Origin: Candidatus Nealsonbacteria bacterium RIFCSPLOWO2_01_FULL_43_32
GTDB lineage: Bacteria > Patescibacteriota > Minisyncoccia > Minisyncoccales > MHMH01
Length of the DNA stretch: 52,092 nucleotides
NCBI GenBank assembly: GCA_001819335.1
Contig: MHMH01000015.1
Coordinates: 1-52,092, forward strand
Direction: 5' to 3'
Shown: piece after piece, positions 26,267 to 35,099 of the stretch
Layout of the letters: every line of letters begins with the position of its first letter
Position numbering within the stretch: the stretch's first letter is position 1
Notes under the pieces: generated by a model
Seen by the model: the letters and a program-made list of their open reading frames with translations, nothing else
Told to the model about the DNA's origin: nothing
Database searches by the model: none
Position numbers and translations under genes: made by a program

Positions 26267-27488
26267 AACAAAAATCATTACCGGTCTGGATATCGGCACT
26301 TACTCCATCAAGGCTTTGGCGGCTAGTCAAAATCTGGACACGGGCGCCTTGGAGGTTTTAGGCAAGGTGGAAGCGCCGTCTTTTGGCACCAGACGAGCCG
26401 TGGTGGTTAAGGTTGATGAGGTTGCAAAACATATCGGAGAAGCGCTGGACCAGCTGCAGCAAGCCATCAGCCGCCGCATTGAAGACGTGAACGTTAATAT
26501 CGGAGGTTCTCATTTATTTTGCACTTCTTCTCACGGCACAGTGATTGTTTCCAGAGCCGACCAGAAAATTTCCAAAGAAGATGTCAGTCGGGTTATCCAG
26601 GCGGCCGAATCCATTCCTTTAGCTTCCAATAAGGAGATTTTAGAGGTTTTCCCCAAGGATTTTATGGTTGACGGCGCGCCGATTAAAGAGCCGCTGGACA
26701 TGCACGGCTTAAGGCTGGAGGTTGATATTTTGGCCCTGGGCGGTTTCTCCCCGTATTTAAAAAACTTGACCACGGCTGTTTTGAACGCTGGTTTCCAGGT
26801 CGCTGACACGGTGCCCTCTATTTTAGCCAGTGCCCAGGCGGTCTTGACTTCCTCGCAAAAAGAATTAGGGGTTTGCCTGCTGGATATCGGCGGAGGCACG
26901 ACCGATTTAGCCGTTTACGAAGAAGGAGACTTGGTGCACACAGCTGTTTTTCCGATTGGTTCTGAGCGCATTACTCACGACTTGGCCGTTGGTTTGAAAA
27001 CCGATGTGGAGATTGCGGAAAAAATAAAGCAGGAATTCGGCAGCTGCCTGTCCAAAGGCAGCAATAAGAAGGAGAAAATTGAAATACCAAGAGAATCGGG
27101 CAACAGTGAAATTCTGACTTTTCCCAATAAAATGCTGGTTAAAATTATTGAAGCCAGGGTTTCTGAAATCTTTCATTTAGCCGAAAAAGAACTGAAAACG
27201 CTTTCTCTTAAAGGTCTTTTGCCGGCGGGCGTTGTTTTAACCGGCGGGGGAGCCAAACTGCCCAAGATCGTGGAATTGGCCAAAAAAGAATTAAAGCTGC
27301 CCGTGAGAATCGGTGTGCCTCAAATTTTGGAAGGCCAAGAAAGAGACCCTTCTTTCAGCACCTGCTTTGGCTTGGTGCTCCTGGCTCAAGAAGGAGGCAT
27401 ACTGGATGGCGCAGCGAGCGGACATCCGGGTCCGAAACAAGGCGTCGGAGGGATAATGAAGAAAGTCTTAAAAATATTTATACCATGA
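26259..27488 (+). CDS. ftsA: Cell division protein FtsA
   Basis: GLDIGT, LDIGGGTT, AEKIK, VLTGGGAKL; upstream of ftsZ. Confidence 0.95.
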   Translation: MAKTKIITGLDIGTYSIKALAASQNLDTGALEVLGKVEAPSFGTRRAVVVKVDEVAKHIGEALDQLQQAISRRIEDVNVNIGGSHLFCTSSHGTVIVSRADQKISKEDVSRVIQAAESIPLASNKEILEVFPKDFMVDGAPIKEPLDMHGLRLEVDILALGGFSPYLKNLTTAVLNAGFQVADTVPSILASAQAVLTSSQKELGVCLLDIGGGTTDLAVYEEGDLVHTAVFPIGSERITHDLAVGLKTDVEIAEKIKQEFGSCLSKGSNKKEKIEIPRESGNSEILTFPNKMLVKIIEARVSEIFHLAEKELKTLSLKGLLPAGVVLTGGGAKLPKIVELAKKELKLPVRIGVPQILEGQERDPSFSTCFGLVLLAQEGGILDGAASGHPGPKQGVGGIMKKVLKIFIP

Positions 27489-28423
27489 AAGCGGCGACTA
27501 AAATAAAAGTCGTGGGAGTCGGGGGAGCGGGCGGCAACGCCGTCTCGCGCATGGCTGCCTGCAAAACGCAGGGCGTGGAACTGATTGCCATTAATTGCGA
27601 CGTCCAAGACCTGCAGAAGGCCAGAGCTCATCAGAAGCTGCGCATCGGGCGCAGCTTAACGCAAGGCTTGGGTGCTGGCATGAATCCGGAAAAGGGTAGG
27701 CTAGCTGCGCTGGAGAATAAAGAAGATATTAGTGAGCTTTTAGCGGGGGCTGATATGGTTTTTGTGGCTTGCGGTTTGGGCGGAGGCACGGGTTCCGGGG
27801 CTGCGCCGGTTGTGGCTGAAATTGCCAAAGCCCAAGGGGCCTTGGTGATAGCCGTGGTCACGACTCCCTTTTCGTTTGAAGGAACCTACAGGCATCAGGT
27901 GGCCAAAGGAGCCTTGGAAATCCTGAAAAACAAAGTGGACACCTTGTTGGTCGTGCCTAACGACAAAATCCTCTCGCAGGAAAATAAAGGCGCTACTTTA
28001 CTTGCTGCTTTTTGGGCTTGCGACGAGGTGTTAAGGCAGGCGGTTCAGGGGATTACTGATTTGATTTTCTTTTCCGGCATCATTAATGTTGATTTTGCCG
28101 ACGTTAAAACCATTATGAAGAATGCCGGCCCCGCTTTCTTCGGTCAGGGCAAGGCCAGAGGGGAAAGAAGGGTGGAAACGGCCGTGAACCTGGCCATTCA
28201 TTCGCCTTTGCTTGATTTTTCCATCAGCGGAGCTAAAGGAATTCTGTTTAATGTTTCCGGCGGTGACGATTTGAGTCTGACCGAGATCAACGAAGCCGCC
28301 AATCTGATTACTCAAACCGTCGATCCCAGGGCCAAGATAATTTTCGGCGCCGTTCACGATAAGCATCTCCAGAAAGAAGAGATAAAATTGACGGTCATCG
28401 CCACTGGTTTTGAAAAAAAGTAA
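27485..28423 (+). CDS. ftsZ: Cell division protein FtsZ lacking linker and C-terminal peptide
   Basis: VGVGGAGGNAV, GLGAG, GLGGGTGSG, INVDFADV; ends TVIATGFEKK. Confidence 0.93.
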   Translation: MKAATKIKVVGVGGAGGNAVSRMAACKTQGVELIAINCDVQDLQKARAHQKLRIGRSLTQGLGAGMNPEKGRLAALENKEDISELLAGADMVFVACGLGGGTGSGAAPVVAEIAKAQGALVIAVVTTPFSFEGTYRHQVAKGALEILKNKVDTLLVVPNDKILSQENKGATLLAAFWACDEVLRQAVQGITDLIFFSGIINVDFADVKTIMKNAGPAFFGQGKARGERRVETAVNLAIHSPLLDFSISGAKGILFNVSGGDDLSLTEINEAANLITQTVDPRAKIIFGAVHDKHLQKEEIKLTVIATGFEKK

Positions 28424-28424
28424 T

Positions 28425-28467
28425 CTGTGGAACGTAATATTTGCTATGCAAATAAACGTTCCAACAG
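28425..28467. terminator. Long imperfect hairpin after ftsZ
   Basis: CTGT-GGAACGT-aa-TATTTGC-tat-GCAAATA-a-ACGTTCC-a-ACAG; no clear T tract. Confidence 0.5.
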
Positions 28468-28498
28468 CGTTTAAATTTTTTAAGAAAATTTATTACGC

Positions 28499-28567
28499 TG
28501 TGGATAAGTCAGAATCCTCAATAGGGGTTGACAGGGGTTTGACCCCCTTTTTTTATCGGGGTAAAAT
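28499..28567 (+). promoter_or_regulatory. DnaA box plus sigma70 promoter upstream of nrdD
   Basis: TGTGGATAA (= TTATCCACA on the minus strand) at 28499-28507; TTGACC(28539)-17 bp-TAAAAT(28562). Confidence 0.6.
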
Positions 28568-28623
28568 GGAGTAATCTTTTAATTTTCTCTACTCAAAGAG
28601 ATTTTTTTATCGCCACGGACAAT

Positions 28624-30759
28624 ATGGTAGCCGACAAAATTAAAAAAATTCAAAAAAGAGACGGCCGAGTAGTTGATTTTGACCAGCAGAAGATTACCGA
28701 CGCCATCGAGAAAGCGGTGACAGCGAGCGGCCAGGGGGACGGAGAAGAATCAAAGCGGGTTTCCGACAAAGTGGTTGAATTATTGAACCGCCGGTTTAGA
28801 GATAATGGAGTGCCTCAAGTGGAACAGATTCAGGACATTGTGGAAGAAACTTTGATTGCGGAAAATTTAGCCGAAACCGCCAAAGCCTACATTCTTTACA
28901 GAGAGCAGCGAAGGAGAATCAGAGAGGCAGCCGGCGGTATTGATGAGTCGCTGGAAATGATTGATAAATACATCAAAGAATTGGACTGGCAGGTTTACGA
29001 AAACGCCAACATGGCTTATTCTTTGCAGGGCCTGAACCATTACGGCGTTTCCGCTTTGACCAAAAGGTACTGGCTCAACAAAGTTTATCCCAAGGAAATC
29101 AGGGAAGCGGCTGAAGGCGGAGACTTTCACATTCATAATTTAGACACGTTGGCGACTTACTGCAATGGCTGGGACCTTTACGATTTGCTTTTAAGGGGCT
29201 TTGGCGGAGTTCAGGGCAAAGTAGAGTCCAAGCCGGCCAAGCACTTGGCCAGTGCTTTGGGCCAGCTGGTTAATTTCTGGTACATCGTGCAAGGAGAAAG
29301 CGCCGGGGCCCAAGCGATTTCCTCGTTTGATACTTTATTGGCGCCTTTTGTCCGCTACGATAATTTAAATTATCATCAGGTTAAGCAAGCCATGCAGGAA
29401 TTCCTGTTCAACTGCTCCATTTCCACCAGGGTGGGGTTTCAAAATCCTTTTACCAATCTGACGATAGACATCAAGCCGTCGCCGGCCTTAGCCAAACAGC
29501 CGGTCATTATCGGGGGTAAAGCGCAAAAAGAAACCTACGGCGAGTTTCAAGAGGAAATGAACATGATCAACCGGGCCTTTTACGAAGGATTAATGGAGGG
29601 AGACGCCAAGGGCCGGCCTTTTACCTTTCCCATTCCCACGGTCAATATTACCAAGGACTTTGACTGGGACGACCCGAATCTGGACCCCTTATGGGAAGCG
29701 ACCGCCAAATACGGCGTGAATTATTTCAGCAATTTCATCAATTCCGACATGAAGCCCGAAGACGTGAGGAGTATGTGTTGCCGACTTCGTTTATCAAATA
29801 AAGAGCTTTATAAAAGAGGCGGGGGGTTGTTCGGCTCGCAACCCTTAACAGGAAGTATTGGCGTCGTGACGATTAACATGCCGAGAATCGGCTATCTTTC
29901 CAAAACCAAAAAAGAATTTTTTGAAAGACTGGGCCATATGATGGACTTGGCCAAAGAAAGCTTGGAGATTAAAAGAAAATCTCTGGATAATTTTATGGAA
30001 AAAGGCCTTTATCCTTATTCCAAGCATTATCTTTCCGGCATCAAGCAAATGAGAGGCAATTATTACGGCAATCATTTTTCCACCATCGGCTTGGTGGGTA
30101 TGAACGAAACCATGCTGAATTTTATCGGAGAAAATATCGGTTCCAAGCAGGGAAAAAAATTAGCCCTTGAAATTATGGATTTTATGAGGGAAAGGCTGAT
30201 TAAATACCAGGAAGAAACTAACAATCCGTATAATCTGGAAGCGACTCCGGCTGAATCAACCGCCTATCGGTTAGCCCAGAAAGACAAAGAAAAGTATCCC
30301 GACATTATTACGGCCGGCGAACAAGCGCCCTATTACACCAACTCCATCCATCTGCCGGTCAACTATACCGATGATTTGTTCGAGGTTTTAAAGCTTCAGG
30401 ACGAGCTTCAGACGAAATTTACCGGCGGCACGGTCATCCACCTGTTTTTGGGGGAACGGATTTTTGACATTCAAACGGTGAAAAGCCTGATTAAGAAGAT
30501 TTTTGAGAATTTCCGTCTGCCCTACATCACCCTGACTCCGACTTTTTCCATTTGCCCCTCTCACGGCTATTTAAACGGCGAGCATTTCGAGTGCCCCAAA
30601 TGCACCATCAAACAGCCCTGCGAGGTTTATTCGCGCATTGTGGGCTATCTCCGGCCGGTTCAGCAGTGGAACAAAGGCAAGAAAGAAGAATTCAGGCAGC
30701 GAGAGGAGTTTCAGGTTCAAGAGCCCCCAAAGGCGTTGATGGTCGCATCAACAAAGTGA
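28624..30759 (+). CDS. nrdD: Anaerobic (class III) ribonucleoside-triphosphate reductase with ATP cone
   Basis: N-terminal KRDG ATP cone, EATPAES, CPSHG...CPKC, SRIVGYLRP glycyl-radical motif. Confidence 0.95.
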   Translation: MVADKIKKIQKRDGRVVDFDQQKITDAIEKAVTASGQGDGEESKRVSDKVVELLNRRFRDNGVPQVEQIQDIVEETLIAENLAETAKAYILYREQRRRIREAAGGIDESLEMIDKYIKELDWQVYENANMAYSLQGLNHYGVSALTKRYWLNKVYPKEIREAAEGGDFHIHNLDTLATYCNGWDLYDLLLRGFGGVQGKVESKPAKHLASALGQLVNFWYIVQGESAGAQAISSFDTLLAPFVRYDNLNYHQVKQAMQEFLFNCSISTRVGFQNPFTNLTIDIKPSPALAKQPVIIGGKAQKETYGEFQEEMNMINRAFYEGLMEGDAKGRPFTFPIPTVNITKDFDWDDPNLDPLWEATAKYGVNYFSNFINSDMKPEDVRSMCCRLRLSNKELYKRGGGLFGSQPLTGSIGVVTINMPRIGYLSKTKKEFFERLGHMMDLAKESLEIKRKSLDNFMEKGLYPYSKHYLSGIKQMRGNYYGNHFSTIGLVGMNETMLNFIGENIGSKQGKKLALEIMDFMRERLIKYQEETNNPYNLEATPAESTAYRLAQKDKEKYPDIITAGEQAPYYTNSIHLPVNYTDDLFEVLKLQDELQTKFTGGTVIHLFLGERIFDIQTVKSLIKKIFENFRLPYITLTPTFSICPSHGYLNGEHFECPKCTIKQPCEVYSRIVGYLRPVQQWNKGKKEEFRQREEFQVQEPPKALMVASTK

Positions 30760-31502
30760 TGCTCATTGGCGGCTTACAAAAGAATACCTTAATCGACTTC
30801 CCGGGCCGCTTAGCGGCCACGGTTTTTCTTTGCTCGTGTAATTTCCGATGCCCTTGGTGCTACTCCAGAGAGCTTGTGTTGCCCGAAGCCATAGAAAATC
30901 AGCCCAAAATTCCGGAAAAAGATTTTTTTGATTTTTTGGAACAGAGAAGGGGTTTGCTGGAGGGGGTGGTCGTTTGCGGGGGAGAGCCGACGATGAATAA
31001 AGATTTGCCGGAATTCATAAAAAAAATTAAAGACTTGGGATATTTAGTCAAGCTTGATACCAACGGTTCCAATCCGGAGATGCTGAAAAAATTAATTAGT
31101 AAGAAGGCGAAGAGAGATTCTCTCTCTTCTTCAACTTCGTTTCCGCAAAGCGGAAACTCGTTAGTTGATTACGTGGCCATGGACGTAAAATTGCCTAAAG
31201 AGAGATATCAAGAAGTTTTGGGAGTTGATGTAAAAAAGATTGATGAGAGCATCAAGATTTTAAAAAAAGGAGAAGTAGATTACGAGTTTCGAAGCACAAT
31301 AGTGCCCACCATCCATACCAAAGAAGATATTGTGGAAATAGCAAAATGGATAGGCGGGCGAGGAAGATATTATCTGCAGAATTTCCGGCCGGAAAAAACC
31401 ATTGACCCAGAATTCGAAAAACTCAAACCGTATCCGGAAGAATATCTTATGGAAATCAAAAAAGCCATTGCCCCATTTTTTGAAATTTGCAAGATACGAT
31501 AA
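30759..31502 (+). CDS. nrdG: Class III RNR activating radical SAM enzyme (with ~18-aa repeat-derived insert)
   Basis: CNFRCPWC, GGEPT, KLDTNGS; start at the TGATG overlap with nrdD. Confidence 0.92.
   Translation: MLIGGLQKNTLIDFPGRLAATVFLCSCNFRCPWCYSRELVLPEAIENQPKIPEKDFFDFLEQRRGLLEGVVVCGGEPTMNKDLPEFIKKIKDLGYLVKLDTNGSNPEMLKKLISKKAKRDSLSSSTSFPQSGNSLVDYVAMDVKLPKERYQEVLGVDVKKIDESIKILKKGEVDYEFRSTIVPTIHTKEDIVEIAKWIGGRGRYYLQNFRPEKTIDPEFEKLKPYPEEYLMEIKKAIAPFFEICKIR
31106..31162 (+). repeat. Two-hairpin repeat element, copy D, in frame in nrdG
   Basis: GGC-GAAGAGAGA-ttc-TCTCTCTTC-TTCA-ACTTCG-TTTCCGC-aaa-GCGGAAA-CTCGTT. Confidence 0.8.
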
Positions 31503-31511
31503 AATGAAAGA

Positions 31512-32855
31512 ATGACTGCCTCAAGAGTTTTCTTATATTTTTGTCTCTCTTTTATCATAGGAATTTTTGTCAGTTCGCTTGCACCGGTTTCCCGGTTTTT
31601 TATACTGGGACTTTTAATTTTAGGAATATTTTTAATAAGCATATTTTGGCATGTTAAAAAATTAGTAGTCATAGGTTTCTGTGTACTATTTCTGGTGTTA
31701 GGCATTGGGCGACACCAAACGATTGAATCGGCTATTCCCAACATCACAGAACAAAATATTAATTTTGTAGGCGTGGTTTCAGAAGAGCCGGATATCAGAG
31801 ATAAATACACCAAATTAATCGTTGAAACAACAGCCGTTGAGGGCAAGGTTTTAGTCAACGCCAGCCGTTATCCCGAATATCAATACGGCGACCAGCTGAA
31901 AATTACTGGCAAGCTGGAAAAACCGCCAATCTTCGACAACTTTAACTACCATGATTATCTTAAAAAAGACGGCATTTTCACGACCATGAATTTTCCTGAA
32001 ATATCCTTAGCTGGCCAAAACTCCGGCCATCCGATTTATCAAGCTATTTTTTCTTTTAAAAATAAATTCAAAGAAACCGCCCGGAAATTTATTGTACCGC
32101 CCCAAGTCGGTCTTTTAGAAGCTTTGATTTTCGGGGATGAAGGCGGCATTTCAAAAGAGTGGCGCGATAAACTAAACCTTACTGGCACGCGCCATATCGC
32201 CGCGGTTTCGGGAATGAATATTACGATTATTTCAGTTTTGATTTTAAATTTTCTTCTGGCGCTGGGCCTTTGGCGCAAGCAAGCTTTTTATTTTACCGTT
32301 GTTCTGCTGGTGCTTTACGTTTTAATGGTGGGCGCTCCGGCTTCGGCGGTCCGGGCCGGGATCATGGGCGGCCTTTTTTTAACTGCCCGGCATCTGGGCA
32401 GAATGTCGGCTGCTTTCAGGGCAATTGTTTTCGCCGGTACTGTCATGCTAGCTTTCAACCCCTTGCTTTTAAGATTGGATATTGGTTTCCAGCTGTCATT
32501 TTTGGCCATTACAGGCATAATTGAGCTTCAGCCGGTTTTCTCCAAGTTTTTAAAAAAAATTCCCGATTACAGATTTTTCCCCATCAAAACCACCTTAGCG
32601 GCCACGTTTTCCGCCCAAATTTTTACCTTGCCGATTTTAATCTATAATTTTGGCCGCATCCCCATACTTTCACCAATTACCAATATTTTAATCGTGCCGT
32701 TTTTGGCGCCTATCACCGTTCTGATTTTTGTTTTTGGGATAACTTCAATGATTTTTTCGCCGCTGGGTTATGTTTTATCCTGGCCGGTCTGGTTTTCTTT
32801 ATCATATATGACCAACATTATCGACGTCTTTTCCAAACTTCCTAAAATTTGGTAG
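31512..32855 (+). CDS. comEC: ComEC/Rec2 competence protein (no C-terminal MBL domain)
   Basis: GTRHIAAVSGMNI, SAVRAGIM, GFQLSF; multiple TM segments. Confidence 0.92.
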   Translation: MTASRVFLYFCLSFIIGIFVSSLAPVSRFFILGLLILGIFLISIFWHVKKLVVIGFCVLFLVLGIGRHQTIESAIPNITEQNINFVGVVSEEPDIRDKYTKLIVETTAVEGKVLVNASRYPEYQYGDQLKITGKLEKPPIFDNFNYHDYLKKDGIFTTMNFPEISLAGQNSGHPIYQAIFSFKNKFKETARKFIVPPQVGLLEALIFGDEGGISKEWRDKLNLTGTRHIAAVSGMNITIISVLILNFLLALGLWRKQAFYFTVVLLVLYVLMVGAPASAVRAGIMGGLFLTARHLGRMSAAFRAIVFAGTVMLAFNPLLLRLDIGFQLSFLAITGIIELQPVFSKFLKKIPDYRFFPIKTTLAATFSAQIFTLPILIYNFGRIPILSPITNILIVPFLAPITVLIFVFGITSMIFSPLGYVLSWPVWFSLSYMTNIIDVFSKLPKIW

Positions 32856-32867
32856 AATGAAACAATT

Positions 32868-34139
32868 ATGGATAAAAAAGCCTGGGTGATAGCGGTCGAT
32901 ATGGGTTATGGTCATCAAAGGACGGCTTATCCTTTGAGGCACTTGGCTTTTGAAGGAAAGGTGATTAACGCCAACAATTACGAGGGCATTCCCAAAAGAG
33001 ACAAAGAAATTTGGCAAAAAGCCAAGAATGGCTATGAATTTATTTCCGCTTTCAGGCGAACGCCCGTCATTGGCCCCTTAGTTTTTGGAGCTTTTAATAA
33101 GCTTCAAAGAATCTTGAGTTTTTATCCCAAAAGAGATTTATCAGAACCCAATTTTCAGCTGCGCCAAACCCTGGCGCCGATTCAAAAAGGCTGGGGCAGG
33201 GATTTGATAGAAACCCTTCGACTTCGCTCAGGGCGAGAACCCTTGCCCCTAATCGCCACCTTTTTTACGGCCGTTTTTATGGCCGAGTATTTTAAATATC
33301 CGGGCGAAATCTATTGCGTAGTTTGCGATACCGACATCTCCAGAACCTGGGCGCCCTTAAGACCGCAAAAGAGCAAGATAAAATATTTTACCCCGACGGC
33401 CCGAGTAGCCGAACGTTTGCAGCTTTATGGCGTGAGGCCAGAAAATATCTTTCTGACCGGTTATCCGCTGCCCCAGGAGAACATCGGTTCTGAAAAGACG
33501 GAAATTTTAAAAGAAGACCTGAAGCATCGCTTGGTGAATCTGGACCCCCGAGGAAGATATTTTAAAAACTATCAAGACCTCATTGAGCTGAAATTAGGCA
33601 AATTGCCTAAAAAATCAAACCACCCCTTAACGGTTATGTTTGCGGTCGGGGGAGCGGGCGCGCAGAGAGAAATCGGGGTGAAGATTGTTAATCATTTAGC
33701 TAAAAAAATTAAATCAGGTCAAGTCAAAGTTATTTTAGTGGCGGGTGTCAGAGAAAAAATCAGAAACTATTTTAGAGGCAAGACCAGGGGTTTGGACATT
33801 GAAATCATCTTTGATGAAAACATTACAAATTATTTCCAAAAATTTAACCAGGCTTTGAGGAAAACCGACATTTTATGGACCAAGCCCTCGGAACTTTCCT
33901 TCTATTCGGCCTTGGGTTTGCCGATTGTCATTGCTCCGCCCATCGGCTCCCAGGAAGAATTCAATCAAAGATGGCTTTTGAATTCGGGCTTTGGCATTTT
34001 GCAGAAAGACGTCAATTATCTTGAGCAATGGCTTTTTGACTGGCTGGACCAGGGGTATTTGGCTGAATGCGCCATGCAGGGTTTTGTTGAGGGTGAAAAA
34101 TTAGGCACTTTTAATATTCAAAAAATATGCTTTGGTTAG
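32868..34139 (+). CDS. Conserved hypothetical protein, GT-B glycosyltransferase-like
   Basis: DMGYGHQR N-terminus; TKPSE and PIGSQEEFN resemble MGDG-synthase/GT28 motifs. Confidence 0.55.
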   Translation: MDKKAWVIAVDMGYGHQRTAYPLRHLAFEGKVINANNYEGIPKRDKEIWQKAKNGYEFISAFRRTPVIGPLVFGAFNKLQRILSFYPKRDLSEPNFQLRQTLAPIQKGWGRDLIETLRLRSGREPLPLIATFFTAVFMAEYFKYPGEIYCVVCDTDISRTWAPLRPQKSKIKYFTPTARVAERLQLYGVRPENIFLTGYPLPQENIGSEKTEILKEDLKHRLVNLDPRGRYFKNYQDLIELKLGKLPKKSNHPLTVMFAVGGAGAQREIGVKIVNHLAKKIKSGQVKVILVAGVREKIRNYFRGKTRGLDIEIIFDENITNYFQKFNQALRKTDILWTKPSELSFYSALGLPIVIAPPIGSQEEFNQRWLLNSGFGILQKDVNYLEQWLFDWLDQGYLAECAMQGFVEGEKLGTFNIQKICFG

Positions 34140-35041
34140 CTATTGCTATCTTCTCTTATTTGATTCTGGCCATGGTGGCGTTGGTCGATAAATGGTTTTT
34201 AGCCGGTCCAGTGCCCAGCCCCAAAACCTATATTTTTTATATAGGTACGCTCCAAATTTTCGCCGTGCTGCTGATTCCTTTTGTCGGCTTGGCTGTCCCG
34301 GGAATTCCCCAATTTTTTTTGGCCTTGGCTTCCGGAGCTTTTTTTGTCTTTGGGCTCTATTGGTTTTTTAAAGGCTTGCAGTTTTTTGAGCCTTCAAGAA
34401 TTGTGCCGGCCGTGGGGGGGCTTTTGCCCATTTTCAGTTTTTTGTTCATTTTTATTTTTTCTGGTGGCCGGGAAACAATCAGCCCCGGAGATTTCTTGGC
34501 GTTCTTTTTATTGGTGGTAGGGTCGGTCCTGCTGACTTACGAAAGAGCTAAAAAATTTTCTTGGGCCAGCATCAAAATATCCACAATTACAGCCATTCTT
34601 ATTGCTCTTTCTTTTGTTCTGGCTAAATATGTTTATTTGGGCATAGACTTTTGGTCGGGTTTTATCTGGATAAAAGCCGGGAGTTTCCTGGCGGGCATTT
34701 CGTTCCTTTTGCTTTTTAGGAAAGAAATTTTGGCCGAAGTTTTTAAGAAAAAAGAAGACAGCGCCCGTAAAAAGACTACGGCCGTCTTCTTCCTTAACCA
34801 AGGAGTGGCCGCCGGAGCAAACATTCTGCAGAATTGGGCGATTGCTTTAGCTCCGCTGGCTTATGTTGCTTTTATCAACGCTCTTCAGGGCGTCCAGTAC
34901 GCTTTCTTATTGATTTTAGCCGTTTTGCTTTCTTCAAGATTTCCCAGATTATTGAAAGAACAAGTTGCCCGGGAAGTAATTTTACAAAAAATCATGGCTA
35001 TTTTAATTATCGGCGGCGGGTTAGCAATTTTAGCCCTATAA
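34127..35041 (+). CDS. EamA/DMT-like membrane transporter
   Basis: About 10 hydrophobic segments in two repeats. Confidence 0.6.
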   Translation: MLWLAIAIFSYLILAMVALVDKWFLAGPVPSPKTYIFYIGTLQIFAVLLIPFVGLAVPGIPQFFLALASGAFFVFGLYWFFKGLQFFEPSRIVPAVGGLLPIFSFLFIFIFSGGRETISPGDFLAFFLLVVGSVLLTYERAKKFSWASIKISTITAILIALSFVLAKYVYLGIDFWSGFIWIKAGSFLAGISFLLLFRKEILAEVFKKKEDSARKKTTAVFFLNQGVAAGANILQNWAIALAPLAYVAFINALQGVQYAFLLILAVLLSSRFPRLLKEQVAREVILQKIMAILIIGGGLAILAL

Positions 35042-35097
35042 GGCGATGAAGAAATTATTCTTCATCTTCACCTTCGTCCCGTAAAACGGGACTCGGT
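35042..35097 (+). repeat. Two-hairpin repeat element, copy E
   Basis: GGC-GATGAAGAA-atta-TTCTTCATC-TTCA-CCTTCG-TCCCGT-aaa-ACGGGA-CTCGGT. Confidence 0.8.
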
Positions 35098-35099
35098 CA

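Noticed and set aside
28426-28463. parS-like half sites (GTGGAAC ... GTTCCA)
   Set aside because: The halves are in the wrong order and separated by about 25 bp; better explained as a hairpin. No canonical parS was seen near parAB.
28527-28540. 14-bp GTTGACAGGGGTTT shared with 47311-47324
   Set aside because: Six of the 14 bases are the -35 consensus and there are only two copies, too weak to call a regulon motif.
30552-30758. Long N-terminal extensions of nrdG (also of lepB from 22189, iscS from 38976, iscU from 40031)
   Set aside because: They overlap neighbouring genes; family-typical N-termini begin at the downstream ATGs.
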